A DNA stretch of 64,000 nt from Bacteriovoracaceae bacterium (GCA_035575985.1 DATLXC010000002.1:29254-93253); one strand, 5' to 3'; shown: positions 28,287 to 38,435, numbered from the stretch's first letter. Notes: generated by a model not told the origin, from the letters alone. Numbers and translations: made by a program.

Positions 28287-28454
28287 AAGATCATCATACC
28301 TCATTTTGTTTGCAGTTGGCATGGGCAAGTTTTAGCTAAATAAGGGTATTTAGCTAACCGACTTCTCCTGTTTTCAGCTGGTTATGCCGCACAAGCTAAA
28401 TTATTAACTGAGTAATGATGTTGAGTGTTATAATTAATTAAATCCAGAGGGGGC

Positions 28455-28482
28455 TAAAGTTTTTAGGGTCGTAAGACGATAA
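28455..28482 (+). promoter_or_regulatory. sigma28 promoter of the flp pilin
   Basis: TAAAGTTT-N12-GACGATAA; an extended -10 TGnTATAAT also lies at 28426-28434. Confidence 0.7.
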
Positions 28483-28509
28483 ATACCTAGCATCCTTTAA
28501 GGGGGAATT

Positions 28510-28713
28510 ATGAAGGGTAAATTGATCGCATATCTCAAAGACGAGAAAGGGCAGACCTCCACTGAGTACATTCTACTAGTGGCAGTGGTAGCTACCATCG
28601 TTTTTAGATTCCAGAAAGAGATCACCAAGAAACTATTTGGTGAAGGCGGAAACGGCGGTATCTTGAATACCGTTTTAGACGAAAGCAAATTCGGAGATAT
28701 GATCGAGCGTTAA
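28510..28713 (+). CDS. flp: Flp/type IVb major pilin
   Basis: DEKG/QTSTEY plus hydrophobic helix; GGGGG RBS; followed by a hairpin at 28715-28748. Confidence 0.9.
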   Translation: MKGKLIAYLKDEKGQTSTEYILLVAVVATIVFRFQKEITKKLFGEGGNGGILNTVLDESKFGDMIER

Positions 28714-28777
28714 TTCAAGGCTCCTGGTCAACTTCTAGGAGCTTTGAAAATACTCATGCTTGGGTTATCATCTTTGG

Positions 28778-28993
28778 ATGAAACGCAAGCAATGGGGTCA
28801 GGCCACCGTCGAATACATCTTCATCCTGTTCATAGCTATTACGCTTGGACTGGAAGTCACTCGCCGTTTCGCGGGATTTTTTCAAGAACAAATGGGTAAA
28901 GTAGGACATGTGTTGTCTACTCATCTTGTTGTGGGCGTCTGTCCAAAAAGTTGCTTTTATACAGGTTATTTAAACGGTTCTACGGCTCCGTGA
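28778..28993 (+). CDS. Flp-like minor pilin
   Basis: G/QATVEY plus hydrophobic helix; two C-terminal Cys. Confidence 0.8.
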   Translation: MKRKQWGQATVEYIFILFIAITLGLEVTRRFAGFFQEQMGKVGHVLSTHLVVGVCPKSCFYTGYLNGSTAP

Positions 28994-29481
28994 TTAATCT
29001 TTTTCTTTATAGTTTCATCGCAATTCAACTCTTCATTGTGGCCTGGATAGATCTCAAAACAAAAGTGATTTCTAATTACTGGCACCTCCTCAACCTGTTA
29101 GTCGCCATTGTGATCTACGTAGTTCAACCTGATACTTTCAAGTGGGAAGTATTCTTATTCCCCCTGGGCTACGTCCTGACAGGTTTCATGCTCTTCCTGG
29201 CCGGCATAATGGGTGCAGGTGATAGTAAGTATCTTGCCTCTCTATGTCTGGTAATTCCCCTGGAATTTCATCTGCCTTTCTTTGAGGCATTGTTGCTGAC
29301 CACTATGATGGTTGGGGCCCTGCTTCTGAGTAGTCGAATAGTGAAGAACTTCCAGAAATTACGTGCCTATGCCTGGACACGCTATTGGCAAGGAATCAAA
29401 GATGTTATTAAATCTGAGTTCAGTTATGCCCCTGTAATTTTCCTGGCATGGATTTACTTAGGAGTTAGCCTATGGGTCTGA
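28990..29481 (+). CDS. cpaA: A24 prepilin peptidase (TadV/CpaA)
   Basis: AWIDLKTKVISN and MGAGDSKY (two catalytic Asp); GTG overlaps the upstream stop. Confidence 0.88.
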   Translation: MINLFLYSFIAIQLFIVAWIDLKTKVISNYWHLLNLLVAIVIYVVQPDTFKWEVFLFPLGYVLTGFMLFLAGIMGAGDSKYLASLCLVIPLEFHLPFFEALLLTTMMVGALLLSSRIVKNFQKLRAYAWTRYWQGIKDVIKSEFSYAPVIFLAWIYLGVSLWV

Positions 29482-29771
29482 AAAACCAGAAAGGCCAGAC
29501 GATGGTTGAATACATGCTACTCATGGCAGTTTCGGTGTCTTTGATTATTACCTTCCTGAACAGTGATTTCGTAAAGAAAACATTTGGTACAGGCGGGAAG
29601 CTAGGTATGATGATCAAAGGGAATAATCAATTTTCATATCGGCACGCCTTTGCAACAAATCATCCCCCCGATATACCGCGGGAAAACAAAGACGGCAAAT
29701 CCCATCCATCCTATTACCAGGATAATGGTGATACCCGGTTTTTTGGACCGAAGGACCCTTATCCAAGATGA
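29472..29771 (+). CDS. Flp/TadE-like pilin
   Basis: NQKG/QTMVEY plus hydrophobic helix. Confidence 0.8.
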   Translation: MGLKNQKGQTMVEYMLLMAVSVSLIITFLNSDFVKKTFGTGGKLGMMIKGNNQFSYRHAFATNHPPDIPRENKDGKSHPSYYQDNGDTRFFGPKDPYPR

Positions 29772-30307
29772 AAAACTGTAATCAGCGTGGTCAATCAACG
29801 ATTGAATTTATTTGTGCCTTCTCCTTCGGAGTTTGCCTTATATTCATGGTTTTTAATTCGTCATTAAATTATTGCACAGGATACCTGGTTCACTATGCAA
29901 CTTTCATGGCCAGTAGAGTGTATTTAGTCTCTGGTAACTCCTCAGGTACACCTCAAGCCCCTGGAGGTTCAATGAATGGTTCGCAAGATGACACCATAGC
30001 AACCTATGCAAAGTACAAACTTGATGGATTTAAGGTTGGAGTAGATAAGTTTTCAATAAATGAATTAAAACCTGGCATGCCCGCTAATGAGTATATGACA
30101 GTAGGTACCAAGACAATATTTGATATGCGGATAGATGCCATTGGACAGATTACCGGAGAAAGTACTCTTGAGATGGTTTCAGAATCATTTCTTGGTCATG
30201 AACCTACCAGAGCCCAATGTGCAAACAGAACCTGTTTCGGTATCACAAATGTTGGCGAATCATGTGAGAACGGAATGGACATAACCCTCTACGATGATGG
30301 TTGTTAA
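29768..30307 (+). CDS. TadE-like pseudopilin
   Basis: NQRG/QSTIEF...YATFMASR. Confidence 0.8.
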   Translation: MKNCNQRGQSTIEFICAFSFGVCLIFMVFNSSLNYCTGYLVHYATFMASRVYLVSGNSSGTPQAPGGSMNGSQDDTIATYAKYKLDGFKVGVDKFSINELKPGMPANEYMTVGTKTIFDMRIDAIGQITGESTLEMVSESFLGHEPTRAQCANRTCFGITNVGESCENGMDITLYDDGC

Positions 30308-30803
30308 CATGAAAAATAAACAGTCTGGTCAGGCATTAGTTGAACTCATTATCTTCTTACCACTTATGTTTGCTCTTTATGGCATGATAAGCGGCTTTGC
30401 CAGTGCCATTTACGGTTCCATTAACCAGCAGAAGATTACCCGTGGATACTTCTATTTCCGTATTAATGGAAACTCCATGGTTCCTAAGGCAGCTATGGAT
30501 GTTGCCAACGATTGGAAGAAATTTGGCATGTTTTACATTGGCTGGATGCAATCCATGCAAGGTGATGAGCCGATTGCCACTTGTTATCAAGTCACTATTC
30601 CTAATTCCCCTCCAAGCGGTGACACTTGCGAAGTCGCTTATGACAAAGATACCACCCAGTTTATCAGAGTCGGGACGGTTTATGGTCTTTGTGGGGCTAC
30701 CTTTGCTAAGGATCCGAGCAGCCCAACCTTTTTTATAATGCCCGATGCAGATGGTGCAAGTTTCAGGGAAGCGATTGACTTAAATAGTTGCTTAATTCAA
30801 TAG
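30294..30803 (+). CDS. TadE-like pseudopilin
   Basis: QSG/QALVELIIFLP; start may be 30309. Confidence 0.8.
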   Translation: MMVVNMKNKQSGQALVELIIFLPLMFALYGMISGFASAIYGSINQQKITRGYFYFRINGNSMVPKAAMDVANDWKKFGMFYIGWMQSMQGDEPIATCYQVTIPNSPPSGDTCEVAYDKDTTQFIRVGTVYGLCGATFAKDPSSPTFFIMPDADGASFREAIDLNSCLIQ

Positions 30804-30883
30804 GTAATTTGTTCCTTCACCACTAAATTTAAAATCTGTTATTATTAAGCTATCGAAACTCCATTCAAAGTTTAGGATGAACA

Positions 30884-31714
30884 ATGAATAGTCGGGCCTT
30901 TACAACTAGTTTAATGTTAGCTGGCGTAGCTGTGTTTATGATCTGGTCATACATCAATAGTCGAGAGACAGAATTGGTAAGTGAATACGGACACATGACA
31001 CCAGTTGTGGTAGCGCGCGAAGATATCAAGGAACTTGAGATCATCGACGATCGAAAAGTTACTCTTAAAAACGTTCCGGCAAAATACCAGATGCCTGGAC
31101 ACTTTAAGCGGGTGGAAGATCTTTATAACACCATCGCAGCAGTTCCAATTAAAAAAGATGAGCAGATTACAAGTCCACGGGTGACTTATCCTGGAGCCCA
31201 GTCTGGTCTTTCGCGACAGATTTCCATTGGTAAAAGGGCACTTTCAATCCAGGTAACGGAGAGTGGCGCCGTAAGCCGACTGCTTAAGCCTGGTGACCGT
31301 ATCGATATCCTTACTCTTGTGGATTATGCTGCAGGCAAGAAGGAAAAATTAAAAGTTAAGACTGTTTTGCAGGATGTACTCATCCTTTCAACTGGTCTTT
31401 TTGTAACCAATTCAGTTCCGGTTATCAATATCAAGAGTGATAACGGTTCCCGCCAAATGAAATTGAATACATATACAAACTACAATACTGTTACCCTTGA
31501 ACTTACGCCTTTTGAAGTTCAGAAGATGGTTTTCCTGGTTTCTGCTGGTAACGATATTTCTCTTTCTCTTAGAAATAACGATGACAAGACCATCGAACGA
31601 ATAAGTGCGACACGGCTTTACGATGTATTAGGTGAGGACGCTGCTGAAGCCAAGACTTACTTTGCCGAACAAGCTGCAGGAGCAACACAAAAGAAGGGAG
31701 CAGGTGGCCGCTAA
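30884..31714 (+). CDS. cpaB: Flp pilus assembly protein CpaB/RcpC
   Basis: N-terminal TM, VVVAREDI (SAF), GKRALSI, LKPGDRIDI, VLQDVLIL, VTLELTP. Confidence 0.93.
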   Translation: MNSRAFTTSLMLAGVAVFMIWSYINSRETELVSEYGHMTPVVVAREDIKELEIIDDRKVTLKNVPAKYQMPGHFKRVEDLYNTIAAVPIKKDEQITSPRVTYPGAQSGLSRQISIGKRALSIQVTESGAVSRLLKPGDRIDILTLVDYAAGKKEKLKVKTVLQDVLILSTGLFVTNSVPVINIKSDNGSRQMKLNTYTNYNTVTLELTPFEVQKMVFLVSAGNDISLSLRNNDDKTIERISATRLYDVLGEDAAEAKTYFAEQAAGATQKKGAGGR

Positions 31715-33209
31715 GCTTTACTTTCTTTTCAGCCTTCTTATTGTATTCAATCCTCTCGCGCGAGGACAAGAACCTGCGCATGCTTTGGTAGAAAAAGACC
31801 TTGAGCTTGCAATGGGTATTGATGTCATTGAAAAACTGGATTTTGATTACAGTACGAAAATCATGATCGGTAACGAGCAACAAGTTAAGCTTGTCCTGAT
31901 TCCCCAAAGAAGAGAAATCGTCTTTAAGGGCTTAAAGCCTGGTCCTCCAACCACTGTTACAATCCGCGATAACCTGGGCGATCCAAGAGTTCGCTACAAG
32001 GTGCTGGTAACTGCAACGGGTAAATCCAATATTGTTTCCCAGCTCCGCGAATTGATCGGGGATGTGGAAGGACTGGAGATAGGAATTAAAGGAGAGAAGG
32101 TTTTCGTAGGTGGTGAGATTATTGTACCGGATGACATTGGACGAGTCTCAAAAGTTCTTGCCAGTTATCAGGAAGTTTTGACATTGATTGAACTTTCCCC
32201 CCAGACCCAAAGGGTTATCGCCAAGAAGATGAGTGACGAACTTGCCAGGAACAACCTTAAGGATGTTACTGTTCGGGTTGTAAACAAGACGTTCTGGCTG
32301 GAAGGTGTTGTAAGCAGCAAGGATAAAAAAGAACTTGCAATCATTATCGCAAAAGCTTACTTGCCTCCAAAAATCCATTCACTTTCTTCCGGGGACAACC
32401 GCTTTGCCACTCCAGGTGATGCCTCCGACATTATTGACTTCATCGCTATCAACGAAAAGAAAGATCCGCAGCCTGCACCTAAGATGGTGAAGCTTTCTGC
32501 ACAATTTGTGGAACTTGCAAAAAGTTATAACAAGGTCTTTGCATTTAAATGGGCACCCTTAATGGGAGAAGACGGAAGTTCAATAGCATTTGGCCAGACA
32601 AGCGATGGCAATATCACTTCCAAGTCTTCAGGTACCCTGAGTGCAACTATCAGTAACCTTTTTCCAAAACTTAACTCTGCAAAGAATGCTGGTTATGTTC
32701 GTGTCATACAATCAGGTATGGTAATTACCCGCGACACTAAACCTGGCCAGATTGAAAAAAAGACTACAATTCCGTTTGCTGTGGGAAGTGGAGAGTTTAC
32801 GAAAGCTTCTACAGCGGATGTCCTTTTCAAAATAGATATAACTCCCAAGATTTTGGAACAAGAAAAAGTGGAAATGGCCGTAAACATAAGTGTTTCCCTT
32901 CAGGTCGGATCGGGAAATACACCTATCACCACCAATAATTCAATTAGTACCAATATCGTTATTAAGTCCAAAGAGTCTGCTGCCATTGGCGGTATTGTGC
33001 AGAATCAGTCTGCCACTGAGTATGATAATGAGCCAGCTTCCACAGCTACCGCTGGTGGCGCTCCGACATCACCACTTTTTCGCCTATACAGGTCTAAGAG
33101 TTATGTAACGAATAAAAGTCAGTACGTAGTTTTTGTGACTCCTGAAATTATTGAGTCCGCTTCTGTAGGTACAGAGGAAATCCGAAAGAAATTCCGGAGA
33201 AGAGAATAA
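31704..33209 (+). CDS. CpaC/RcpA-type secretin with BON domain(s)
   Basis: GTG 31704 after GGAG; signal peptide; FWLEGVV.S (BON); AQFVEL; AAIGGIV...PLFRLYRS...VVFVTPEII secretin C-terminus. Confidence 0.85.
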   Translation: MAAKLYFLFSLLIVFNPLARGQEPAHALVEKDLELAMGIDVIEKLDFDYSTKIMIGNEQQVKLVLIPQRREIVFKGLKPGPPTTVTIRDNLGDPRVRYKVLVTATGKSNIVSQLRELIGDVEGLEIGIKGEKVFVGGEIIVPDDIGRVSKVLASYQEVLTLIELSPQTQRVIAKKMSDELARNNLKDVTVRVVNKTFWLEGVVSSKDKKELAIIIAKAYLPPKIHSLSSGDNRFATPGDASDIIDFIAINEKKDPQPAPKMVKLSAQFVELAKSYNKVFAFKWAPLMGEDGSSIAFGQTSDGNITSKSSGTLSATISNLFPKLNSAKNAGYVRVIQSGMVITRDTKPGQIEKKTTIPFAVGSGEFTKASTADVLFKIDITPKILEQEKVEMAVNISVSLQVGSGNTPITTNNSISTNIVIKSKESAAIGGIVQNQSATEYDNEPASTATAGGAPTSPLFRLYRSKSYVTNKSQYVVFVTPEIIESASVGTEEIRKKFRRRE

Positions 33210-33210
33210 A

Positions 33211-35331
33211 ATGGCCGGTCACATAATTACAGTCATAGGTGGTAAAGGCGGCGTGGGCAAGTCCCAGGTAGCTGCTAACCTTGCTTTTGCCTATGCGGCA
33301 GAGTTAAGGGCAAAGACATTGTTGCTTGATTTTGACCAGAAAGCCTGTGGTGACCAGAACATCATTACCGGAATGAAATCCAAGAAAGACCTGAAAGAAC
33401 TTGCAGAATTCAATGGTGCACTTGATCCAAGATCCATCCAGCTTTTTACTGCTGAACATAAGGCAGGCATTTCATTTATAGGAATGCCTACCGAACCAAT
33501 TTCTGCTAACCAGATTAATGAAGAAGGTCTGGGTAAAGTACTGAAGGCCATTGTTAATATTTATCCGATCATCATCATAGATGGCGGAAGTGAGCTTTCA
33601 CCACTTACCTTAAAGGCCCTGGAATTTTCAACCCTGATCTTTATCGTGGCTTCACCAGACGTCTTGGCCGTCAATCAATGCAAGCGCATGTACACAGACC
33701 TTTGTACTATGCTCTTTCCTAAGGATATGATTCAGATCCTTGTAAATCAGGCGGTCAATGGACATCCCGTAAGCCCGGACGTTATTGGTAAGCAGATTGG
33801 AAAGCCTGTCTTTCACGCGATACCAAGGGATGATGCTGCTTGTATCGCAGCCCTTACAAGATCTACACCAGTTATAGTAGGGGCCAAGACCGCACCATTT
33901 GCCATGGGATGTGTGGACCTCGCCCGTAAGATGATTCAAAAGAGCGTCCTCAAGACCCTTGAAAAATTAAACAAGCCTAAGGATGCAGCTGCTCCTAAAC
34001 CTGCAGGTGGCAGTACTGAAAACACAGAGGCAAGTGAAAAGAAGGCCAAGGATCAATGGACTGAATTAAAGAGCCGGATTCATAAGGCCCTCGTTGAAGA
34101 AATGGACCTTAAGAAACAAGATGAAAATGATCCCAAGGCCAAGATCATCCTGCGTGAGCAGACTAAGAAAATGGTCGTTGAACTACTCGGCAAGGAAGAT
34201 ACCAAGACCATCCTGACCAGTCGGGATGAAATGAATAACATTGTAAAAGAAATTCTTGATGAAGCCCTGGGGCTTGGTCCCCTGGAAGATATGCTTAAGG
34301 ACAAGAGTATTTCGGAGATCATGGTCGTTGGACCTAAGAAAATCTTCTATGAACAAAGTGGTAAGGTTAAAAAGTCAGATGTAACTTTCACTAACGACCG
34401 CCAGGTAATGAACGTGATTGAACGTATCGTTGCTCCAATTGGTCGACGTATTGATGAAAAGACTCCCTATGTGGATGCCCGATTAGCAGACGGATCACGA
34501 GTGCATGCGATCATCCCTCCCTGTGCTATTGATGGTTGTGTTATCACCATTCGAAAATTCCCTGAGAAACGACTGACCTATAAAGACCTGGTAAAATTCG
34601 GCGCCATGACTGAATCAATTGCAGATTTCCTTCGTATCTCAGTTGAGGCACATAGAAATCTTGTGGTCTCAGGCGGTACAGGTTCGGGTAAGACAACATT
34701 GATTAACATGCTTGGTGGATTTATTCAGTCTAATGAAAGGATCATTACCTGCGAGGACTCAGCGGAATTGAACTTCCCGCAGGATCACGTGGTTCGACTT
34801 GAAACACGCCCACCTTCACTTGAAGGCGATGGCGCAATTGATATTCGTTGTCTGGTTAAACAAACCCTTCGTATGCGCCCTGACAGAATTGTGGTGGGTG
34901 AGTGCCGGGGTGGAGAGACCCTGGATATGTTACAGGCCATGAACACTGGTCACGATGGTTCAATGACCACTGTTCACTCCAACACACCAAGAGATGCTAT
35001 CAGTCGACTTGAAACCCTGGTTCAATATGCAGGTGCCGGTCTTCCTCAGAAAGCCATTAAGGAAATGATAGCTTCAGCAGTACACATGATTATCCAGCAG
35101 TCGCGACTTGATGATGGTTCGAGAAAAGTCCTTTATATCACTGAGATCGGTGGTATGCAGGGCGAAGTGGTGACCCTGCAGGATATCTTTACGTACAAGC
35201 AGGAAGGCATGGGTAAGGACGGAAAGATTCATGGCAAATTCATGGCTTCAGGTTTCATTCCTAAGTTCATCGAGAAGCTTGAACAGAAAGGTTATAAAGT
35301 TCCACGAGGGTTATTTAACAATACACAATAA
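33211..35331 (+). CDS. tadA: TadZ/CpaE-TadA/CpaF fusion ATPase
   Basis: N-terminal MinD-like GGKGGVGKS; C-terminal [48 protein letters not shown]. Confidence 0.92.
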   Translation: MAGHIITVIGGKGGVGKSQVAANLAFAYAAELRAKTLLLDFDQKACGDQNIITGMKSKKDLKELAEFNGALDPRSIQLFTAEHKAGISFIGMPTEPISANQINEEGLGKVLKAIVNIYPIIIIDGGSELSPLTLKALEFSTLIFIVASPDVLAVNQCKRMYTDLCTMLFPKDMIQILVNQAVNGHPVSPDVIGKQIGKPVFHAIPRDDAACIAALTRSTPVIVGAKTAPFAMGCVDLARKMIQKSVLKTLEKLNKPKDAAAPKPAGGSTENTEASEKKAKDQWTELKSRIHKALVEEMDLKKQDENDPKAKIILREQTKKMVVELLGKEDTKTILTSRDEMNNIVKEILDEALGLGPLEDMLKDKSISEIMVVGPKKIFYEQSGKVKKSDVTFTNDRQVMNVIERIVAPIGRRIDEKTPYVDARLADGSRVHAIIPPCAIDGCVITIRKFPEKRLTYKDLVKFGAMTESIADFLRISVEAHRNLVVSGGTGSGKTTLINMLGGFIQSNERIITCEDSAELNFPQDHVVRLETRPPSLEGDGAIDIRCLVKQTLRMRPDRIVVGECRGGETLDMLQAMNTGHDGSMTTVHSNTPRDAISRLETLVQYAGAGLPQKAIKEMIASAVHMIIQQSRLDDGSRKVLYITEIGGMQGEVVTLQDIFTYKQEGMGKDGKIHGKFMASGFIPKFIEKLEQKGYKVPRGLFNNTQ

Positions 35332-35336
35332 AGAAT

Positions 35337-36293
35337 ATGAAAAATAAACTTTTATTTGCCCTTTATATTTCATTCCTTAGTCTGCCTGCTTTCGGCCGGG
35401 ACCCGGATTTCTTCCTGGATATCCTTGGTATAAAAGGTATCTTGTTCACACTCGGAACATTGTTCTTTTTTGTATTTTATAAGAACTCAATTAAGATATT
35501 TTCCTGGATTGATGACCAGTGCTTTGGCACAAGAGATTATATCCTGAAAAAATTTGAGATTATGTTTATAGAAGTTGACCCAAACAAGATTACATGGATT
35601 CTCCTGGGAATGTCGTTTGGATCCGGAATTTTAGTTTTTGGTATCCTTGCCTTCCTGGGAAATATGCCCCTGGCAATTTTCCTGGGTATCGTGATTACAG
35701 TGATAGGGTGGAAAATGCCAAGGCCAGTGGTTGATTACTTTGAGAACAAGCGGAAAAAAGCCTATATGCTTCAGATGGTTGATGCCTTGAATCTTATGGC
35801 AAATGGGATCCGTGCCGGACTTACGATGCCACAATCAGTAGGTATGGTAGTTGACGAACTTCCTCCACCAGTCAGTCAGGAGTTCAATCTTGTTCTCCAA
35901 CAGGCCAAAATCGGAGTCCCGCTTGATGAAGCTCTGGAGAACTTAAAAAACCGAATATATACTGAAGATAATGAAATGTTCGTGACCTCTGTAACTATCC
36001 TGCGTGAAACCGGGGGTAACCTGGCCGAAACATTCGATACTATTTGTTCAGTTATACGGGAAAGAGTACGCTTACAACTGAAAATCGATACTTACATCGC
36101 CTCAGGTAAGATTCAGGCGTATATTATTGGGGCGATGCCTTTTGGAATGATTGTGATGTTTGGAAGCGGGGATCCTGACTACTTCCCTTTGTTATTTGGA
36201 ACCGTTATGGGAATCATCGCACTTATTGTGATTTGTGGGATGGTTGCCGTGGGTATGTTCTGTATTATGAAGATAATTGATATTAAAGTTTAG
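35337..36293 (+). CDS. tadB: TadB platform protein
   Basis: DALNLMANGIRAG, PVSQEF, ETGGNLAE, IRER; multiple TM helices. Confidence 0.9.
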   Translation: MKNKLLFALYISFLSLPAFGRDPDFFLDILGIKGILFTLGTLFFFVFYKNSIKIFSWIDDQCFGTRDYILKKFEIMFIEVDPNKITWILLGMSFGSGILVFGILAFLGNMPLAIFLGIVITVIGWKMPRPVVDYFENKRKKAYMLQMVDALNLMANGIRAGLTMPQSVGMVVDELPPPVSQEFNLVLQQAKIGVPLDEALENLKNRIYTEDNEMFVTSVTILRETGGNLAETFDTICSVIRERVRLQLKIDTYIASGKIQAYIIGAMPFGMIVMFGSGDPDYFPLLFGTVMGIIALIVICGMVAVGMFCIMKIIDIKV

Positions 36294-36311
36294 GTTAAAA
36301 TTAACCGATAA
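36284..36311 (+). promoter_or_regulatory. sigma28 promoter of the rhs-hit pair
   Basis: TAAAGTTT-N12-ACCGATAA. Confidence 0.8.
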
Positions 36312-36349
36312 TAGATAGGGTTTAACTGTCTGTAAAAGGGTGGAATGTT

Positions 36350-37978
36350 ATGAAGTTTTTGCACGGAATCTCTCTCGCTTTGATGACATTGTTAATGTCA
36401 TCTTTCGCACAAGCAGGAGTGAACTTTAAGAACGGGAATTTTTATATTTCCTACACTGACATTGTCGTACCTGGCGGCGGTAAGAAGCTTGAAATCACAA
36501 GGACATATAACTCGAAGTCAACTGATGTTGGTTGGTTCGGATTTGGCTGGGGTAGCGAGTTTGAGACACGTCTCGAGCTTTCTGCTGATGGCTCTGTAGT
36601 GGTTCATGAACATGGTTCTGGAGCCAAGACTCGCTTTACACCTAAGACTGCTATTGATGGTATGGCCGCAGCTACCAAGATAATATCTGAGATGAAGAAA
36701 AAGACAGCTCTTTCTGAAAAGGCTTCTTCAGAATTGATTGCAAAGCTTGCAGCGAACGCTGAGCTTCGACATACATATGCAATGAACTTTGGGGTCCAGG
36801 CTACAATTGCTCCGGGCTCTATCCTTTACTCTGATGACAGAGGACCTCAGGAACTTCACTCTACAAAGGAAGGTTTCCGTCGTACTCACACTGATGGTCG
36901 AACCGATTACTTCAATGCTGAAGGACAATTGGTTAAAATTGCTGATAAGTCAGGATACTTTGCAGGCTTTACTTATAAGGATGGTAATCTTGATTCAATC
37001 AAGGATTCCCAGGCTAAGCAAATTTTCTTCTCATGGTATCCGGATGGCCTGGTTAAGGAAATCTGGTCAGCTGGTGACAAGAAGACTCTTTACAAGTATC
37101 AGGACAACGATTTGATTTCAACTAAGGACGTTGGCGATAACTCTTATGAGTTTGGTTATGACAAGTCTCATAACCTGAATGAAATTCGCTATGCAGACAA
37201 GACAAAGCTGAAGATAAATTACGATCCTAAAACATTCTTTGTCTCTGAAGTAACTGAACGTAATGGTGAAAGCACAAAGTACCAGTATGATTCAAATTCT
37301 AAGAGTCCTGATGATCATTACTGGACACTAGTTACTAAGCCAGGCTTTGATGGTAAGCCGGTTACTAACCGTTACGAGTATGAAATCAAGGCCAAGTCAG
37401 ACGGTGCCCGTTATACTTACCGGGTCCTGACTGAAATTAACGGAATCAAGACTGAAACGATTTACGGGGGCAACTCACTGCCAATTAAAATTGCTAGGGG
37501 CAACCACGTAACAAACTTCGAATACAACACTCAAGGTCTCCTGATCAAAAAGTCTTCTACTAAAGGTGATTTTGTTAATATCGAATACGATGATAAGATT
37601 AACAAGATTTCTAAAGTTGTGAACAATGAGGGGACTACTAGTTTCGAATACGATGGAAAAGGTAACCTGGTCAAAGCGGCCAATAACCTTGGTAAGACAG
37701 TTTTCTTGATCTACGACAGCAAGGGTAAGATCTCTAAGATGGTAGACCAGGAATCAGCTACTCAAAAACGTGTACTTGGTTTCAAGTACAATGCACTTGG
37801 GAAGCCGGTTGAAATTGAAATGGAGAAAGTAGGAAAGATCAACGTTGCATATGACAACTATGGCGAAATCAAGAAAGTGGAGTCAAGTGCAGGTCACAAG
37901 ATGGCACTTCAGGTTACTCAGGCTTTCCAAAACTTGCTGACAATTGTTAAACCAGCAGGCGTAAATTTAAACATGTAA
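36350..37978 (+). CDS. Secreted Rhs/YD-repeat protein without toxin domain (Bd0109-like)
   Basis: Signal peptide; LEITRTYNS...WFGFGW Rhs N-terminal motif; many YD/YN repeats; no DPxG core end; position after tadB. Confidence 0.85.
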   Translation: MKFLHGISLALMTLLMSSFAQAGVNFKNGNFYISYTDIVVPGGGKKLEITRTYNSKSTDVGWFGFGWGSEFETRLELSADGSVVVHEHGSGAKTRFTPKTAIDGMAAATKIISEMKKKTALSEKASSELIAKLAANAELRHTYAMNFGVQATIAPGSILYSDDRGPQELHSTKEGFRRTHTDGRTDYFNAEGQLVKIADKSGYFAGFTYKDGNLDSIKDSQAKQIFFSWYPDGLVKEIWSAGDKKTLYKYQDNDLISTKDVGDNSYEFGYDKSHNLNEIRYADKTKLKINYDPKTFFVSEVTERNGESTKYQYDSNSKSPDDHYWTLVTKPGFDGKPVTNRYEYEIKAKSDGARYTYRVLTEINGIKTETIYGGNSLPIKIARGNHVTNFEYNTQGLLIKKSSTKGDFVNIEYDDKINKISKVVNNEGTTSFEYDGKGNLVKAANNLGKTVFLIYDSKGKISKMVDQESATQKRVLGFKYNALGKPVEIEMEKVGKINVAYDNYGEIKKVESSAGHKMALQVTQAFQNLLTIVKPAGVNLNM

Positions 37979-37992
37979 GGGAGTTTTGAAAA

Positions 37993-38208
37993 ATGAAAAC
38001 GTTTATAGCAGCAATTGCACTTTTAATGATATCAAATATAAGCCTCGCTAACCCGGCTCTTGGGGAAAAGAGCATTAACTGTTGCCCTACTTGTCCTTCC
38101 GACGTTCCTGCAAGCTGTAATTACGCTGCCAGGGGTGACAAGAAGGATTCAGCAACTTCTAAGCAACCTTCCAGTAAGAGAGGCAAGGCTAAGGCTACTA
38201 AGAGTTAA
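37993..38208 (+). CDS. Small secreted Cys-containing protein, positional homologue of Bd0108 (hit)
   Basis: GGAG RBS; signal peptide ending SLA; CCPTC...C; disordered basic tail; directly follows the Rhs gene. Confidence 0.75.
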   Translation: MKTFIAAIALLMISNISLANPALGEKSINCCPTCPSDVPASCNYAARGDKKDSATSKQPSSKRGKAKATKS

Positions 38209-38236
38209 TTCTTAAAATTGATTTTAAAGTATAATT

Positions 38237-38263
38237 AGGCCCCTCCTGGAGGGGCCTTTTTTT
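38237..38263 (+). terminator. Intrinsic terminator
   Basis: aggcccctcc/ggaggggcct stem followed by a T-tract. Confidence 0.9.
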
Positions 38264-38265
38264 AT

Positions 38266-38348
38266 GGTAAGGATGACCGGTATGCCGACGGTGGCAGGAT
38301 GCCAAGGAGTCGGCTATGTCAGAATGCAAGGATGTCAGGGAGTCGCCA
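38266..38348 (+). repeat. Degenerate ~33-nt repeat with five GGA motifs (REP-like or CsrA-binding)
   Basis: ggtAAGGAtgacc; gccgac..ggcAGGAtgcc.AAGGA.gtcggc; gcAAGGAtgtcAGGGAgtcg. Confidence 0.55.
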
Positions 38349-38349
38349 A

Positions 38350-38395
38350 TGCCAAAAACTTAGACAGTTACATGGCACTGTCTAAGTTTTGGTCA
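38350..38395. promoter_or_regulatory. Pair of candidate bEBP enhancer boxes
   Basis: TGCCAAAAACTTAGACA (38350-38366) and TGTCTAAGTTTTGGTCA (38379-38395); ~80 and ~51 bp from the -24 GG. Confidence 0.7.
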
Positions 38396-38435
38396 CCCCC
38401 AGGATATGCTTTCAAGCCTTTACCCATGTAACCTT

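Noticed and set aside
28331-28357. Two TTAGCTAA palindromes 18 bp apart between the 6S RNA and flp
   Set aside because: Short and AT-rich with no supporting copies noticed in other promoters; cannot be distinguished from chance
28020-28500. c-di-GMP riboswitch upstream of the pilin
   Set aside because: No GGCAAAC/GAAA/GACGCAAAGC-type core seen; the structured part is better explained as a minus-strand 6S RNA
36350-38208. Rhs toxin-immunity pair
   Set aside because: No DPxG core terminus or toxin domain; the downstream ORF is a signal peptide plus disordered tail, fitting Bd0109/Bd0108 architecture
38266-38395. CRISPR array
   Set aside because: Only two degenerate units, no unique spacers and no cas genes
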